Source of the DNA: Prasinococcaceae sp. CCMP 1430
Lineage: Eukaryota > Plantae > Prasinodermophyta
DNA: 64,000 nucleotides
Reading direction: 5' to 3'
NCBI GenBank assembly: GCA_013416795.1
Contig: RQSC01000027.1
Coordinates: 1 to 64,000 of the forward strand
Of the stretch, positions 55,272 to 64,000 are shown one piece after another. Numbering within the stretch: position 1 is the first letter of the stretch; each line of letters begins with the position of its first letter. The notes beneath the pieces are model-generated. The model was not told the DNA's origin, did not search any database, and saw only the letters and a program-made list of their open reading frames with translations. The translations under genes were made by a program, and so were the position numbers.

Positions 55272-55705
55272 GGCGCTCTGGCGCGAGACTACTGCGAGCG
55301 TCGCCGGTCACGGTGCCGGCGCACGCCGTGTCTGCGCCCCTCCAACGCCGGCAGGCTGAGCAACACCCCCACCCAGCAGTTGCGAGCCGGTGAAGAGTCT
55401 GCCCCGCCCCGGAGCGCTCGTGCGTCCTCTGGACGCGCGGGCGGAGGTGGGCGAGTGCGCGTCACGGCAGCAGATGCGGCGGACACCTGCGTGCCCCTGT
55501 GTGCCGCCCCCCGCACACGCGCGCGCCAACACACGGCGCTCCCCCTTGTTGCCGTACCCCCTCGTCCCCGGCCGCCCGCCGCCGCAAAAGCGCGCGCTGC
55601 CTGCGGCGCGCGCTGTGGCGCAGCAGCGCGCAGTGACAATGCGCGAGCCGACCAAAATCGCCAAAATCAGTGCAACACATTCCGTGTCAAATCGAATGCA
55701 CAAAT

Positions 55706-57744
55706 TTACAGGGCCGCCGCGTACGACGTCGCCAAGTCTGGGACTGCCCAGTCGCAGGCGTCCTCCACGCCGAGGTTGTTGGTGCCCCGCGCGATGCGGA
55801 ACCAGCCGCGCTCGCCCCAGTACGTGCCCCAGCTGTTCCGGCCTATCCAGTACTTCCTACCGTCGGGCGTCTCGCCGTACCCGGCTATCGAGATCTCATG
55901 GTCCTGCTCCGTACAGCCCGTCGTGTCGTTAAAGAGGCCGCCCGAATATGCCTCGAAAGCGGGTGTCACACAGAGGCCGCAGCCGATGGGCCCGCGCGCC
56001 GAGATCTCTGCCATCATGGCCTTCTCGCCGCGCACCTGACCGTGCTCGCTTATTTTGTACAGCGTTTTCGGCGTCGTGGCGAAGCAGCCCTTGCCAGGCA
56101 GGCAGTTGCCACATTTGCTCTCGTCCGTGCACTCGTGGTCCTTCGCTGTATACGGGGAGCATGTGTCGTCGGGCTGACCGTTCTTGTAAACCCACGAGTA
56201 GGCCGCAGTCGGGTCCCCGCCGCTGCAACCATCGCTCTGGTTGGCCGACACACAGTCAACAAGCACCTGTGCGGCGAGTGCGATCTCCGGGAAAGCATTA
56301 ATGCCGGCGCCGGCAGCCTTGCCCTGCGCTAGCATGAAACGGTCCGCGAGGGCAGACGACGTCCCCTGGGTCCAGCAACTACCGCAGTATTGAGGGATGT
56401 GCTGGTTGACGTCTCGAGAAGCGTACGACACACCGTCGACATCACGGATGTCCCAGGCCTTTTGGGTGGACGCCTCGTCGTACTGTGGCACGGGACTGTT
56501 CACGACGCTGGCAGCCACCCCATCGTTGCGCACCAGGCAGGGGTTGTCGTAGTCATGATACTGACCCATGCCGGTGAACATGCGCTTTGGGGCGACAGCC
56601 TTGCGCGGCGCGGACTTGGCTTCCATGGCGATGCTCTCGGGCGCAGGGGCGGCCGTCACGGTCTCCGCAACGGCAGGCGTGGCCCAACTGCAGTCGTTCT
56701 CGATGCCCAAGTTCTCTGAGTGCATCTTGATGCGGAAGAATCCAGACTCGCCCCAGTAGGTTCCCCAAGAGTTCCGCCCGATCCAGTACTCGGTACCATC
56801 GTCGGCGGTTCCCCAGCCAACAATCGCCAGCTCATGGTTGGCAACAGGAAAGATGGAGAACTCGCTGTAGATTCCGCCGGTATATGCTTCAAACTTGTCG
56901 GTGACATGAATGCCGCAGGACACGGGCCCGTCGCTGTACAGCGCTGCCTTGATCTTGTCCGCTTGGGTGAGCACGTTGCCTCTGACGTCGTGGTCGGAGC
57001 CTCCATGGACGTGGCCCCACTCGGACACAGTAAACTTGGTGTAGTTGGTCACGGGAATGCACTGGCCCGGCAGAAAGGGCTGCGGGCTCTCTCCGGGCGA
57101 GCAGTTCTCACACACGCCATACGGCTTGCACTCGCCATCGACGGCTTCATAGTTCTGGCATGTCTCGTCGGGCACGCCGTGGTCAGCTATGTACCGGTAC
57201 GCGCCGCCTGGATTGCCACCCTCACAGCTCCCGCCACCGCGGCAATTGATGAGCACCTGGGGTGCAAGCATGACGTCCACGCCGCTGAAGGTGCCCGCCT
57301 TGATGGCGGCTATCTTGAGGCGGTCGGAGAGCGAACTGGTCGTGCCAAATGCCCAGCAAGAGCCGCAATACACAGGCAAATGCCTTGGACAGTAGCGGGC
57401 GCCATCGTCAGCGCGTGAGCGCGCTGCGCTCGCGCCACGCTCCGCCGGTCTCGCCCGCTCGCGTTCTGCGCGGGTGCGTGTGCGGCGCTCGCCAGACTTA
57501 CTGGTTTCTGATCACGGTGAGCATGTTCACACCATCGACGTCGCCCCAGAAGAAGCCCGCGGGCAGGTCGCTGGTGTCCATGCGCTCGTGCGCACGCGTC
57601 CCGAGCACGCGCTCGCCGCCCTCGAACGTCGTCGCGCCGCGCTTGCACGCGCCCAAAAAGCCGCCCGCACCCACGGCCGCGCCCGGCGCGACGATGGCCG
57701 CGGTGCGCGGCGGCGGCGGCGGCCGCCGCACTCCGCGGCGCCAT
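55706..57744 (-). CDS. Twin-domain cathepsin Z/X-type cysteine protease (C1A); intron 57501-57384; signal peptide out of frame with ATG 57744
   Basis: Two complete papain domains: NQ|HLPVYCGSCW..NHELAIVGWG..RNSWG and NQHIPQYCGSCW..DHEISIAGYG..RNSWG, each with the cathepsin X mini-loop. Confidence 0.9.
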
Positions 57745-58063
57745 CCCCGCGCAGGAGGGGGGGGGGGCTGGGCTTGGTTGGGTTGGGTGGGGGAGGGGGC
57801 GTCGCGCGCGCGCGATGTGGCGCCGCGCAGCGCGCTCCGACCCCACCTGTCCACACGCCCTGGCCCTTTCTTTTCCGTGCCGTGCCCGCCAATGCGTTTT
57901 GACCTTGACGCGCCCCTGTTCGACTTCATCTTTGGTGCGAAGGTTGTGCCTGTGATTTCACAGGGTGCCGGGAGCCGTCCGAAGAGCGAGGGGGCGGCGA
58001 GAGTGCCACACCGGTGCGTCGGGCGGGCCGCGCGGGAGCGCTCCGCAGGGGGGTGGGGGGGGC

Positions 58064-59584
58064 ATGGTGCCGGGCCCGCGCGAGACAGACGCGCTGCTGG
58101 CCGCCAGCGGCGATGGGGGCGCGAGGAGCGGCCAGGAGCGCCGGGGCACCGTCTCGTCAAGCGTGCTCAACCTTGTCATGTCTGCCATCGGTGCAGGCAT
58201 CCTCTCGATGCCTTACTCGCTCGTTGGCACCGGCGTCCTCCCAGGCATTGGCTTCCTCGTGCTGACGGTGCGTGCTGGCGCGCGCGCATGGCACGTGCGC
58301 GTGCTGATGTCCTGGCAGACCCACACACGCTCGCATTCGCACTGACACAGCCCCACTGCCGCTGGCCCTCGCCGCTTTGTGAAGGCGCTGTGCACGTTAT
58401 GGAGCCTTGATCTGCTCGAGGCAACGTACCGCCACCTGAGCGCTCGCGGTGCCGTCACTGGCGAGTGGAACCTAGCGTCATTCGAGGGGCTCGGCGGCGC
58501 CGTAGGCGGCCCTATCATGGCGACATTCGTGCGCCTGTGCCTTGTCGTGTCGCTCTACTTCGCGCAGGTCGTCTTCATCGTGTTGCTCGGGGATCTGGTT
58601 GCGCCGGTGGTTGCGTACGCGGCGCCAGGCGCCTTTCTCGCGCGGCGCTGGGTGTGCATGGCATTTGGGTGCCTCCTGGTGTATCCAATGGCGTTGCTGG
58701 ACAACCTCACCTCACTGCAACACGCGTCGCTTGGCGGCTTGTTGTGTCTGGGCTACCTCGTGGTAGCGCTGCTCGCCGTGGCAGGGCAGCGCATCGCGGC
58801 GGGCGCACGCTCGGACTTCCAGTGGGTGGCGTGGCCGCCCACGCGCGCGGCGCTCTACGTGCCCTCGCTGCAGGGGCTGGCGTTCTGCTGCCAGTTCAAT
58901 ATGCCGCCGCTGATGGGAGAGATGCGCCACCCATCGAAGGCTGCGGTGCGCGCCGTCAAGTGGATGTCTGTCGCCATTGCCCTGTCTCTCTACATGGCGG
59001 TGGCCTTTGTGGGCTATGTCACCTTTGGCAGCGACACCAACGGCGACATTCTGAGGCAGAACTTCGACATCAGAGACCGCGCAATCACCGTCGGGCGCAT
59101 CGGGCTGGCTTTCACGCTCGTCCTCAAGTACCCGCTCATCTTGCAGCCCATGCGTTCCACGCTGAACGGGCTGCTCGGCATCGACGGCACCGTGGGTGAC
59201 GGCGAGGAGGGTGCGTACGCCCGGCTGGACGGCGATGCGGAGGCGCCTCAGAGCGGCGATACGGAGCAGCTGCATGGGAGCGGGGAGCAGGGCAGTGGCA
59301 GAACGAAGAAGGAGAAGGTGGTGAGCCTATTTGTCGCGTTGGAGACTGCATTCATCATGGGGACGGCACTCTTCGTGTCTGCGGTCATCCCTAACGTACA
59401 GCAGGTCTTCTCGCTGGCGGGCGCGCTTTCGGGCGGTGTGGTGTGCTTCAACCTACCGGCCTACTACGCGCTCGCGGCGCCCCTGCCAGGTGCATGGGAC
59501 CGCACCAAGGCATGGGTAATCAATGTCTTCGGTGTTGTCGTGACCATTGTCTCGCTCGTGGTCTCTGTGATGGACCTGGCGTAG
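58064..59584 (+). CDS. Amino-acid transporter, AAAP/SLC38 (Aa_trans) family; intron 58268-58384
   Basis: SSSVLNLVMSAIGAGILSMPY, AFCCQFNMPP, GYVTFGSDTNGDILRQNF, LVLKYPLILQPMR; about 11 hydrophobic segments. Confidence 0.88.
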
Positions 59585-59838
59585 CCGACTCAACAACTCG
59601 CGCTCGTCCGCCCCCGCACGCGCGTGGCCGCGCCACAAATAATAAGTAATCATGATTCAAAGCTGGCCCATGCAAGCCACCCACACACGCGAGAGCGCCC
59701 AGAAGTGCACACAATGGCAAAGAATGTTACTGCCGACGGCTCGCGAGTCCAGCCCTCTCGTCTGCTTGCGTGCCGTGGGCTGTACGCCCCTCAAAAGTTG
59801 AGTTTTTTTTGTGTGTGTGTGCGCGCGCGCGCGCGCGC

Positions 59839-59895
59839 GTGTTTGACGTCTGGTGTTTGACGTCCGGTGGCGCGCGCGCGCGCGTGTTTGACGTC
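59839..59895. repeat. GTGTTTGACGTC x3 interspersed with (GC)n microsatellites between convergent 3' ends
   Basis: Copies at 59839-59850, 59853-59864 and 59884-59895; (GC)n at ~59820-59838 and ~59870-59883. Confidence 0.85.
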
Positions 59896-59940
59896 TGGTG
59901 TGTGGGCGCGCATGTGTTTAGATGTGCGGTGCGAGGTCGA

Positions 59941-62118
59941 TCACGGCTCGAGTTGCACGAGGGTCCATCCCTTCGTTGTCTCGCCGTTGCGTTCACCGTC
60001 GAACTTGAGCTCGAGCTGGTGGAACTTCCTCACTGCTACGCGGTGCGCGATGCTGAGCACAGTGACCCCCGCCTCTAAGCAGCGCTCGTACAGGTGGCGC
60101 TCACCGTCGGCACTCACGGCGCTGGTGCACTCGTCAAGAACCGCATACATCGGCCTGTGGTAGAGAAGGCGCGCCATGGCGAGGCGCTGGCGCTCGCCCC
60201 CACTGAGTAAATCGTCCCAGTTTTCCCTAGAGTCGAGCCCCTCGCCAAATCGCTTGGCGAGGTACCCCAGCTCCACCGCCTCGAGACACTCGATGACCAG
60301 CTGGTCGGCGGCTTGCTTGTCCAACTTGAAGGTCTCGTCCGCCCGGGGACCGCCCATCCCCGCGAGGTTCATGAAAGATCCAGCGCGCGAGCTGGGGTGC
60401 GAGCGCCCCCGAGCTTCGTGGAGCAGCGCGGCGGTCGACGAGTAGGGATAGAGCACCTGGTCGCGAAGGTTTCCGCTCACCAGGTACGGCTTCTGGCTGA
60501 GGTAAAAGATCGACTTCCCCGTCGGGCAGCTCACCGTGCCGGCCTGCGCCGGCCACAGCCCGGCGAGTACGCGGAACAGCGACGACTTGCCACTACCATT
60601 GGGCCCGGTCAGCAGCACGCTCTTTCCTTGTTCCACGTTGAAGCAGAGCTCACGCACCAGCGTGGTGCCGTCGGGGGAAGCGATGGTGACGCGATCGAAG
60701 CTGATCGTGTCGCCGCTCGTGCGCAGCGGTGGCGGCGGTGGCGGCGCGGTGTCGGTCTCGGCCGACGCCGGGGTTTCCCCGGCCCGCAGCTTGAGCGCCA
60801 TGCGCTTCGCGGCGCCAGCGGCGAAGATCGATGATGGGCCCTCTTTCGCTAGGTGGTTCACCTGTTCAAGCAGCTCCGATACGCGGCTCGTGTGTCCCGC
60901 GACGGTGGTGACGCGCTTATACACCATCACCAGGTTGGACATTGCCTCCACATTGTTGCGCAGGAGACGCACCGTGCGGATGTACTTGTTGGTGAGCGTG
61001 AGCGAGTCCTCGCCGGTCCGTTTCAGGATCGACGCGTCGCCGGTCACGAAGAATCTGAGGAAGTTTCTGAAACCACCCGAGTAGACGGAGGTGAAGGTGC
61101 AAAGGGACATGGTGGATGCCGAGTACTTGAGGAGATAGTTGTCGGCGATCGAGTGCCAGAACTTTTGCCCCGCGGTGGTGTCCACATGGCGCGCGAGTTT
61201 CTTGAAGGCGCCCGTCAGGATGGCGTTTTCGGCCTCGCCGCCGGGCGGGTCGTTGTATGCTATCTCCTCGGCATGGTTGATCACGCGCGCGTGCGCCGAT
61301 CGGTAGCTGCCTGACAGCGCACTCTCGATGCTCACGATGAGGGAGAGCGGCGGCGAGATGGCGCGCAGCACCATCGAGCTGATGATGAAGTGCCCGTACA
61401 GTGCGGCCTGACCCTTGACGCCGATGAGCTTGGTCAGCACCCCGGTAAATATGGCGATGTCCACCACGGGCTTGAGGGTGTAGCCGTACAGCTCGGCGAT
61501 GGAGGTGCAGAACTTGTCGACGTCATCGGTGATGCGCTGGTCGGCTGAGCGCATGCCCCCGAGCACGCTCGCGGTGTAGTACGCGCGGTTGTGCAGGTAC
61601 TTGGCCTGCAGGTGTTTTGTGAGCCTCTCGCGGAAGCTCAGGGCGATCTGCGTCTGGCAGTACTTCATGCCCGCGTTGAGGAATGACGCAGGCACGCAAA
61701 ACGTCATGAAGCCGATGATCGACTTCCGGAACTCTTTGAATTTTTGCCCGACGATGTCCTCGGCCACCTTGCCCTCGACGTGCGTGAGATGGTTCGTGAC
61801 GCTCGTGCGGTAGAGCAGCAGCGCGGTCTGCAGGTACACGAGCAGCGCACTCCGCGACAGCGGGTGCGGCATGCAAATCTTCAGGATGCGCACCAGGCGG
61901 CCGAGGAAAACGCGGTCGACGTCGACCTTGTGTCTCTTCGGTACCCCCGAGGTCTTGGAGCGCTCGAGCGCTACGTCGGCGGCCATCGAGCGGCGCGCGC
62001 TGCCCGCACGCGCGTACGCGGCGTACGCGGCCACCGCGACCAGCGAGCCGCCCCCGACCACCAGCGCTGTCTTGCGCCGCTGCGGACCCCCGAGCATCGT
62101 TGCCATCGCGGGCGCCAT
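59941..62118 (-). CDS. Peroxisomal ABCD half-transporter (PXA/ALDP-like), ~725 aa, intronless
   Basis: ABC_membrane_2 blocks (FRERLTKHL, DQRITDDVDKF, EAA motif NHAEEIAY), Walker A GPNGSGKSS, signature LSGGERQRL, Walker B VLDECTSA, H-loop SIAHR. Confidence 0.93.
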   Translation of the reverse strand: MAPAMATMLGGPQRRKTALVVGGGSLVAVAAYAAYARAGSARRSMAADVALERSKTSGVPKRHKVDVDRVFLGRLVRILKICMPHPLSRSALLVYLQTALLLYRTSVTNHLTHVEGKVAEDIVGQKFKEFRKSIIGFMTFCVPASFLNAGMKYCQTQIALSFRERLTKHLQAKYLHNRAYYTASVLGGMRSADQRITDDVDKFCTSIAELYGYTLKPVVDIAIFTGVLTKLIGVKGQAALYGHFIISSMVLRAISPPLSLIVSIESALSGSYRSAHARVINHAEEIAYNDPPGGEAENAILTGAFKKLARHVDTTAGQKFWHSIADNYLLKYSASTMSLCTFTSVYSGGFRNFLRFFVTGDASILKRTGEDSLTLTNKYIRTVRLLRNNVEAMSNLVMVYKRVTTVAGHTSRVSELLEQVNHLAKEGPSSIFAAGAAKRMALKLRAGETPASAETDTAPPPPPPLRTSGDTISFDRVTIASPDGTTLVRELCFNVEQGKSVLLTGPNGSGKSSLFRVLAGLWPAQAGTVSCPTGKSIFYLSQKPYLVSGNLRDQVLYPYSSTAALLHEARGRSHPSSRAGSFMNLAGMGGPRADETFKLDKQAADQLVIECLEAVELGYLAKRFGEGLDSRENWDDLLSGGERQRLAMARLLYHRPMYAVLDECTSAVSADGERHLYERCLEAGVTVLSIAHRVAVRKFHQLELKFDGERNGETTKGWTLVQLEP

Positions 62119-63290
62119 CGCACGTGCGCGTGCGCGTGCGCGTGCGACGCCGCCGTGCACGGCGCGCGGCCCTCGGGCGCCTCGCTGGCGCCCGCCGCGC
62201 GAGAAAAAAAAAAAATCCCCACACAGACGAAAATCTGATGCAGAAAATCAGACAAACCAAACCTGTGCTAGGGCTTTGAGGCGGCGAGCGCAAAAGAGAG
62301 CGTAAACCGCACTTTTCATCCAGGAAATGCGAACGCGCGCGCGCGGCCGTGCTTGGGCGGGGGCGGGACGAACCCATGGAAAGAAAGGAGAGTTCAATCG
62401 AGGTTTGGCAAATACAGTATGGCTACACCAAGGTTGTGTTTACTGTTTAAACTTTAAAGAGCTCCGGATCTGGCATGTGAGCTCTCCCGTGCGTTGGAGA
62501 TCCTTGGCGAGCGATTTCCAACCGCCGCCGCCGAATCGACGCGCGCGAGGCGCGCCCGCGCCGGGGCGAAACACCCATCAAAACGCATCACGTTGTAAAC
62601 CCCCGCAAAGAACCCAAATACTTTCACAGCAAACGCGCACACCACGATACCAGTGCGCGTAAGCACGTTCACGTACGTTCTCTGTGCTGTCCAGTTCGGG
62701 GCGGGGGGGGCAGCAGCAGCAACGTGCCGTGTGATGGGGCGTGCTCGAGCCGCGCCGCGGGTGCGTTTTGATGGGGTTCGGTTCCGGTTCCCCCGCGCGC
62801 CGCGGGCGAGCGCGCGCGGCGCGCGCGCGCTGCGGCGGGGGGCGGGGGTAGGTAGGTACGGGTAGTACTGTACAGTACTTGGGGGGCACCTCCAGCCAGC
62901 ACCGGCCCGGCCGCTCCGCCGCGGGACGGGCGGCGCAGCGCCCGCGCGAATCGACCGCGCGCGCGCGAGCGCGCGGCGCGGCGCGTGAGGGCGGGAGAGG
63001 GCGGGCGCCAACCAAACCGTCGCGAGAGGTCTGCGCGCCGCAGCGAGGACCACAGAGCGTGGGCCGCGCGCCCCGGCGGGGGAGGCCCTCCCCCCCACCA
63101 ACCCCAGCCCTCCCTCCGCCCTCCCCAGCGGACCTCCCTGCCGCCCCACCTCGGGGGGTGGCAGCGAGTCGCGCGGTGCGGGCTGAGCGGCCCAGCCTTG
63201 GTGCTTGCGCTGCGCGTGGCACACCTTTGCGGCGAGAGGCTGGTCGGGCGGGCGCAGAGGGGCAGTGAGGCCTAGGCCGTCTGCAGGCGA

Positions 63291-63335
63291 GCGGGCGGGC
63301 GGGCGGGCGGGCGCGCAAGCGGGCGGGCGGGCGGG
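63291..63335. repeat. (GGGC)n microsatellite
   Basis: Two runs of GGGC units upstream of ATG 63357. Confidence 0.8.
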
Positions 63336-63356
63336 TGGCTTTTACCAGCGACGGAG

Positions 63357-64000
63357 ATGTGGGCTGCCGGAGAGGGCGGCACCGGCGCCCCGGGGGACGT
63401 GCAGGTCGGCGCAACGGGCGGGCGGCCGGCTGCGACGCGGGGTGGCTCTTTCGGCGTGGGCGCAGGTGCGGGTGCTGGAATGGGCGACAGCAGCACCGGG
63501 GGCGCGCATGACGCGATGTTGGACTACGCGGGCGCGCCGGGTGGCGTGGCCGAAGATAGCAGCGGCAGCGCGGCCTTCATGAGTCGGCCCTCGATTCTGC
63601 GCACCCCTCCAGCCCCCCCCGGCGTCGAAGCCGGCTTTATCACAGGCAAGGGAGCGGGAGCCTCGTGGAATGACTGGGGCGAGTACGGGGACTCGGCGCC
63701 CTCGAGCGCGCAGGGAGGGGGGGGGGCTCCCTCGTCGTCCCGGAAGTACACGCAGAGCCATCGAGAACAACAAGAGCGAGACCACCCACGTCATGAGAGG
63801 ACCGTCAGTGGGGCCAGAGAAGGCGCAGGAGCACCCTGGTCGAGGAAACTTGGTGGTGGCAGCAGCGACAGAAGCAACGCGGGCAACGAGCCCGTGTCGC
63901 TCACCGGATCGTCGCCGCAGCCCCCACAAATACCGCCGCAGCGCCGACAAATGTCGCCGCAGCGCCGACAAGTGCGTGCCCTGTCGCATCAGATCGAGCA
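63357..64000 (+). CDS. 5' part of an unknown Gly/Ser/Pro-rich, probably disordered protein, open to the window end
   Basis: Stop-free frame from ATG 63357 (MWAAGEGG..MSRPSILRTPP..PPQRRQMSPQRRQ..); absent from the ORF track because it has no stop. Confidence 0.45.
   Translation, partial: MWAAGEGGTGAPGDVQVGATGGRPAATRGGSFGVGAGAGAGMGDSSTGGAHDAMLDYAGAPGGVAEDSSGSAAFMSRPSILRTPPAPPGVEAGFITGKGAGASWNDWGEYGDSAPSSAQGGGGAPSSSRKYTQSHREQQERDHPRHERTVSGAREGAGAPWSRKLGGGSSDRSNAGNEPVSLTGSSPQPPQIPPQRRQMSPQRRQVRALSHQIE

Noticed and set aside
823-58384. Introner-like (repetitive, mobile) introns as in Micromonas
   Set aside because: The ~20 introns reconstructed share only GTGCG/GTACG donors, CTGAC branch points and GC/CA microsatellites. 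No extended mutual similarity was seen by eye; an all-vs-all alignment would settle this.
63342-63989. Minus-strand ORFs 63342-63989 and 63524-63751
   Set aside because: Antisense to a longer ATG-led open plus frame; no splice path joins them convincingly.
1-64000. Hundreds of long Arg/Ala/Pro-rich ORFs in alternative frames and antisense (e.g. 993-2060, 1538-3004, 5243-6463, 6896-8014, 15189-16250, 52382-53929)
   Set aside because: Expected shadow ORFs in ~70% GC DNA. They have no motifs and overlap well-supported genes.
1-64000. CRISPR arrays, rRNA, tRNA, transposases, viral (NCLDV/virophage) insertions
   Set aside because: No regularly spaced repeats, RNA-gene signatures, transposase/integrase motifs or AT-rich intronless gene blocks were recognised. 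tRNAscan/Infernal were not run.

Overview
Gene-dense eukaryotic nuclear DNA, roughly 70% GC by eye, with two N gaps (36049-36269 and 38005-38262). Four signals point to a green alga of prasinophyte grade (inference; species not determinable here): short GT-AG introns with GTGCG/GTACG donors and (G)CTGAC branch points, TGTAA just after several stop codons, AAACCCTA telo-boxes in divergent promoters, and a Tat-targeted PsbP-like gene. About 27 protein-coding genes were reconstructed by hand. Most ORF-track entries are GC-rich shadow frames. Ciliary genes: inner-arm I1-alpha dynein heavy chain (DNAH10/DHC1), an NME8-type thioredoxin, MYCBP/FAP174 and a CLAMP/CFAP119-like gene. Housekeeping genes: PrmC/HemK, TGH/GPATCH1, LSM5, DTD1, HSD17B10, ABCD, an amino-acid permease and a DUF1295 protein. 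Secretory/ER genes: TCAF/M60 peptidase, SAM-TM protein, REJ receptor, TMEM260, two-MRH ERLEC1-like lectin and twin cathepsin Z. The most unusual items are: an ER-type protein (signal peptide plus RAEL) built on a phage receptor-binding-head-like sequence pattern; an RBX-family RING that has lost all four ligands of its third zinc; a CANT1 apyrase with an MGCGAS dual-acylation start instead of a signal anchor; a luminal-SAM/TM protein; and a 191-bp direct duplication bracketing the M60 gene. No rRNA, tRNA, CRISPR array or transposase was recognised.
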